NCBI GenBank assembly: GCA_044892525.1
Contig: CM097885.1
Location: 53,570,001 to 53,634,000 of the forward strand
Reading direction: 5' to 3'
From: Schmidtea polychroa
Lineage: Eukaryota
Length of the DNA: 64,000 nt
Shown in pieces: positions 63,700 to 64,000 of the stretch. Both the position numbers and the translations under genes were made by a program. Every line of letters begins with the position of its first letter. The stretch's first letter is position 1. A model generated the notes under the pieces. The model was not told where the DNA came from, ran no database searches, and saw nothing but the letters and a program-made list of their open reading frames with translations.

Positions 63700-64000
63700 G
63701 AATAGTAAATCGATAAATTTTGGTTTATTGTATTTTATTTATTGTATAACTGTATGTAACATTTGGTAATATCATTAAAATTTTCTAAACATGATTTGAA
63801 TTTCTGTTCTTTCTCGCTATACATATGTCATATAGTATAATTTAAATATTAATAACGAATTTATCACCTTTGGTAATATAATTGCTATAATTTTTGTTTA
63901 TTGTATTTTATTTATCGTATAACTATATGTAAAATTTTGTATTATCATTAAAATTTTCTAAACACGATATGATTTTTTGTTCTTTTCTCGCTATACATAT
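63700..64000. repeat. Tandem repeat of about 170 bp, running off the window end
   Basis: TATCATTAAAATTTTCTAAACA...TCTCGCTATACATAT occurs twice. Confidence 0.7.

Overview
Very AT-rich eukaryotic DNA with 40-50 bp minimal introns and many transposons; this resembles a planarian flatworm, which is an inference. Host genes: (i) a complete 22-exon cohesin SMC1 gene on the minus strand (50870->24177, about 1242 aa by my exon assembly); (ii) the last two exons of a PH-domain protein, probably a PLEKHG-type RhoGEF (6982-7079 and 17442-18131, +); (iii) a GCNT/core-2 branching enzyme terminal exon. Mobile DNA includes a decayed Ty3/Gypsy, a Merlin plus a deletion derivative, Tigger/pogo, hAT remnants and MITEs, piggyBac-like MITEs, Helitron-like elements, and Penelope, MULE and IS630 remnants. 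Two things stand out. First, a 6.25 kb AGTAG...CTACT element with a 6-bp TSD encodes only an intron-containing protein-primed PolB. No integrase or capsid is visible, the two ends lack long TIRs, and the left end folds back and is packed with AP-1/CRE sites. Second, two separate loci share a GC-rich hairpin leader followed by intronless mosaics of host gene fragments (SNF8 plus proteasome alpha plus unknown; AAMP-like WD40 plus unknown), suggesting a gene-capturing element family.
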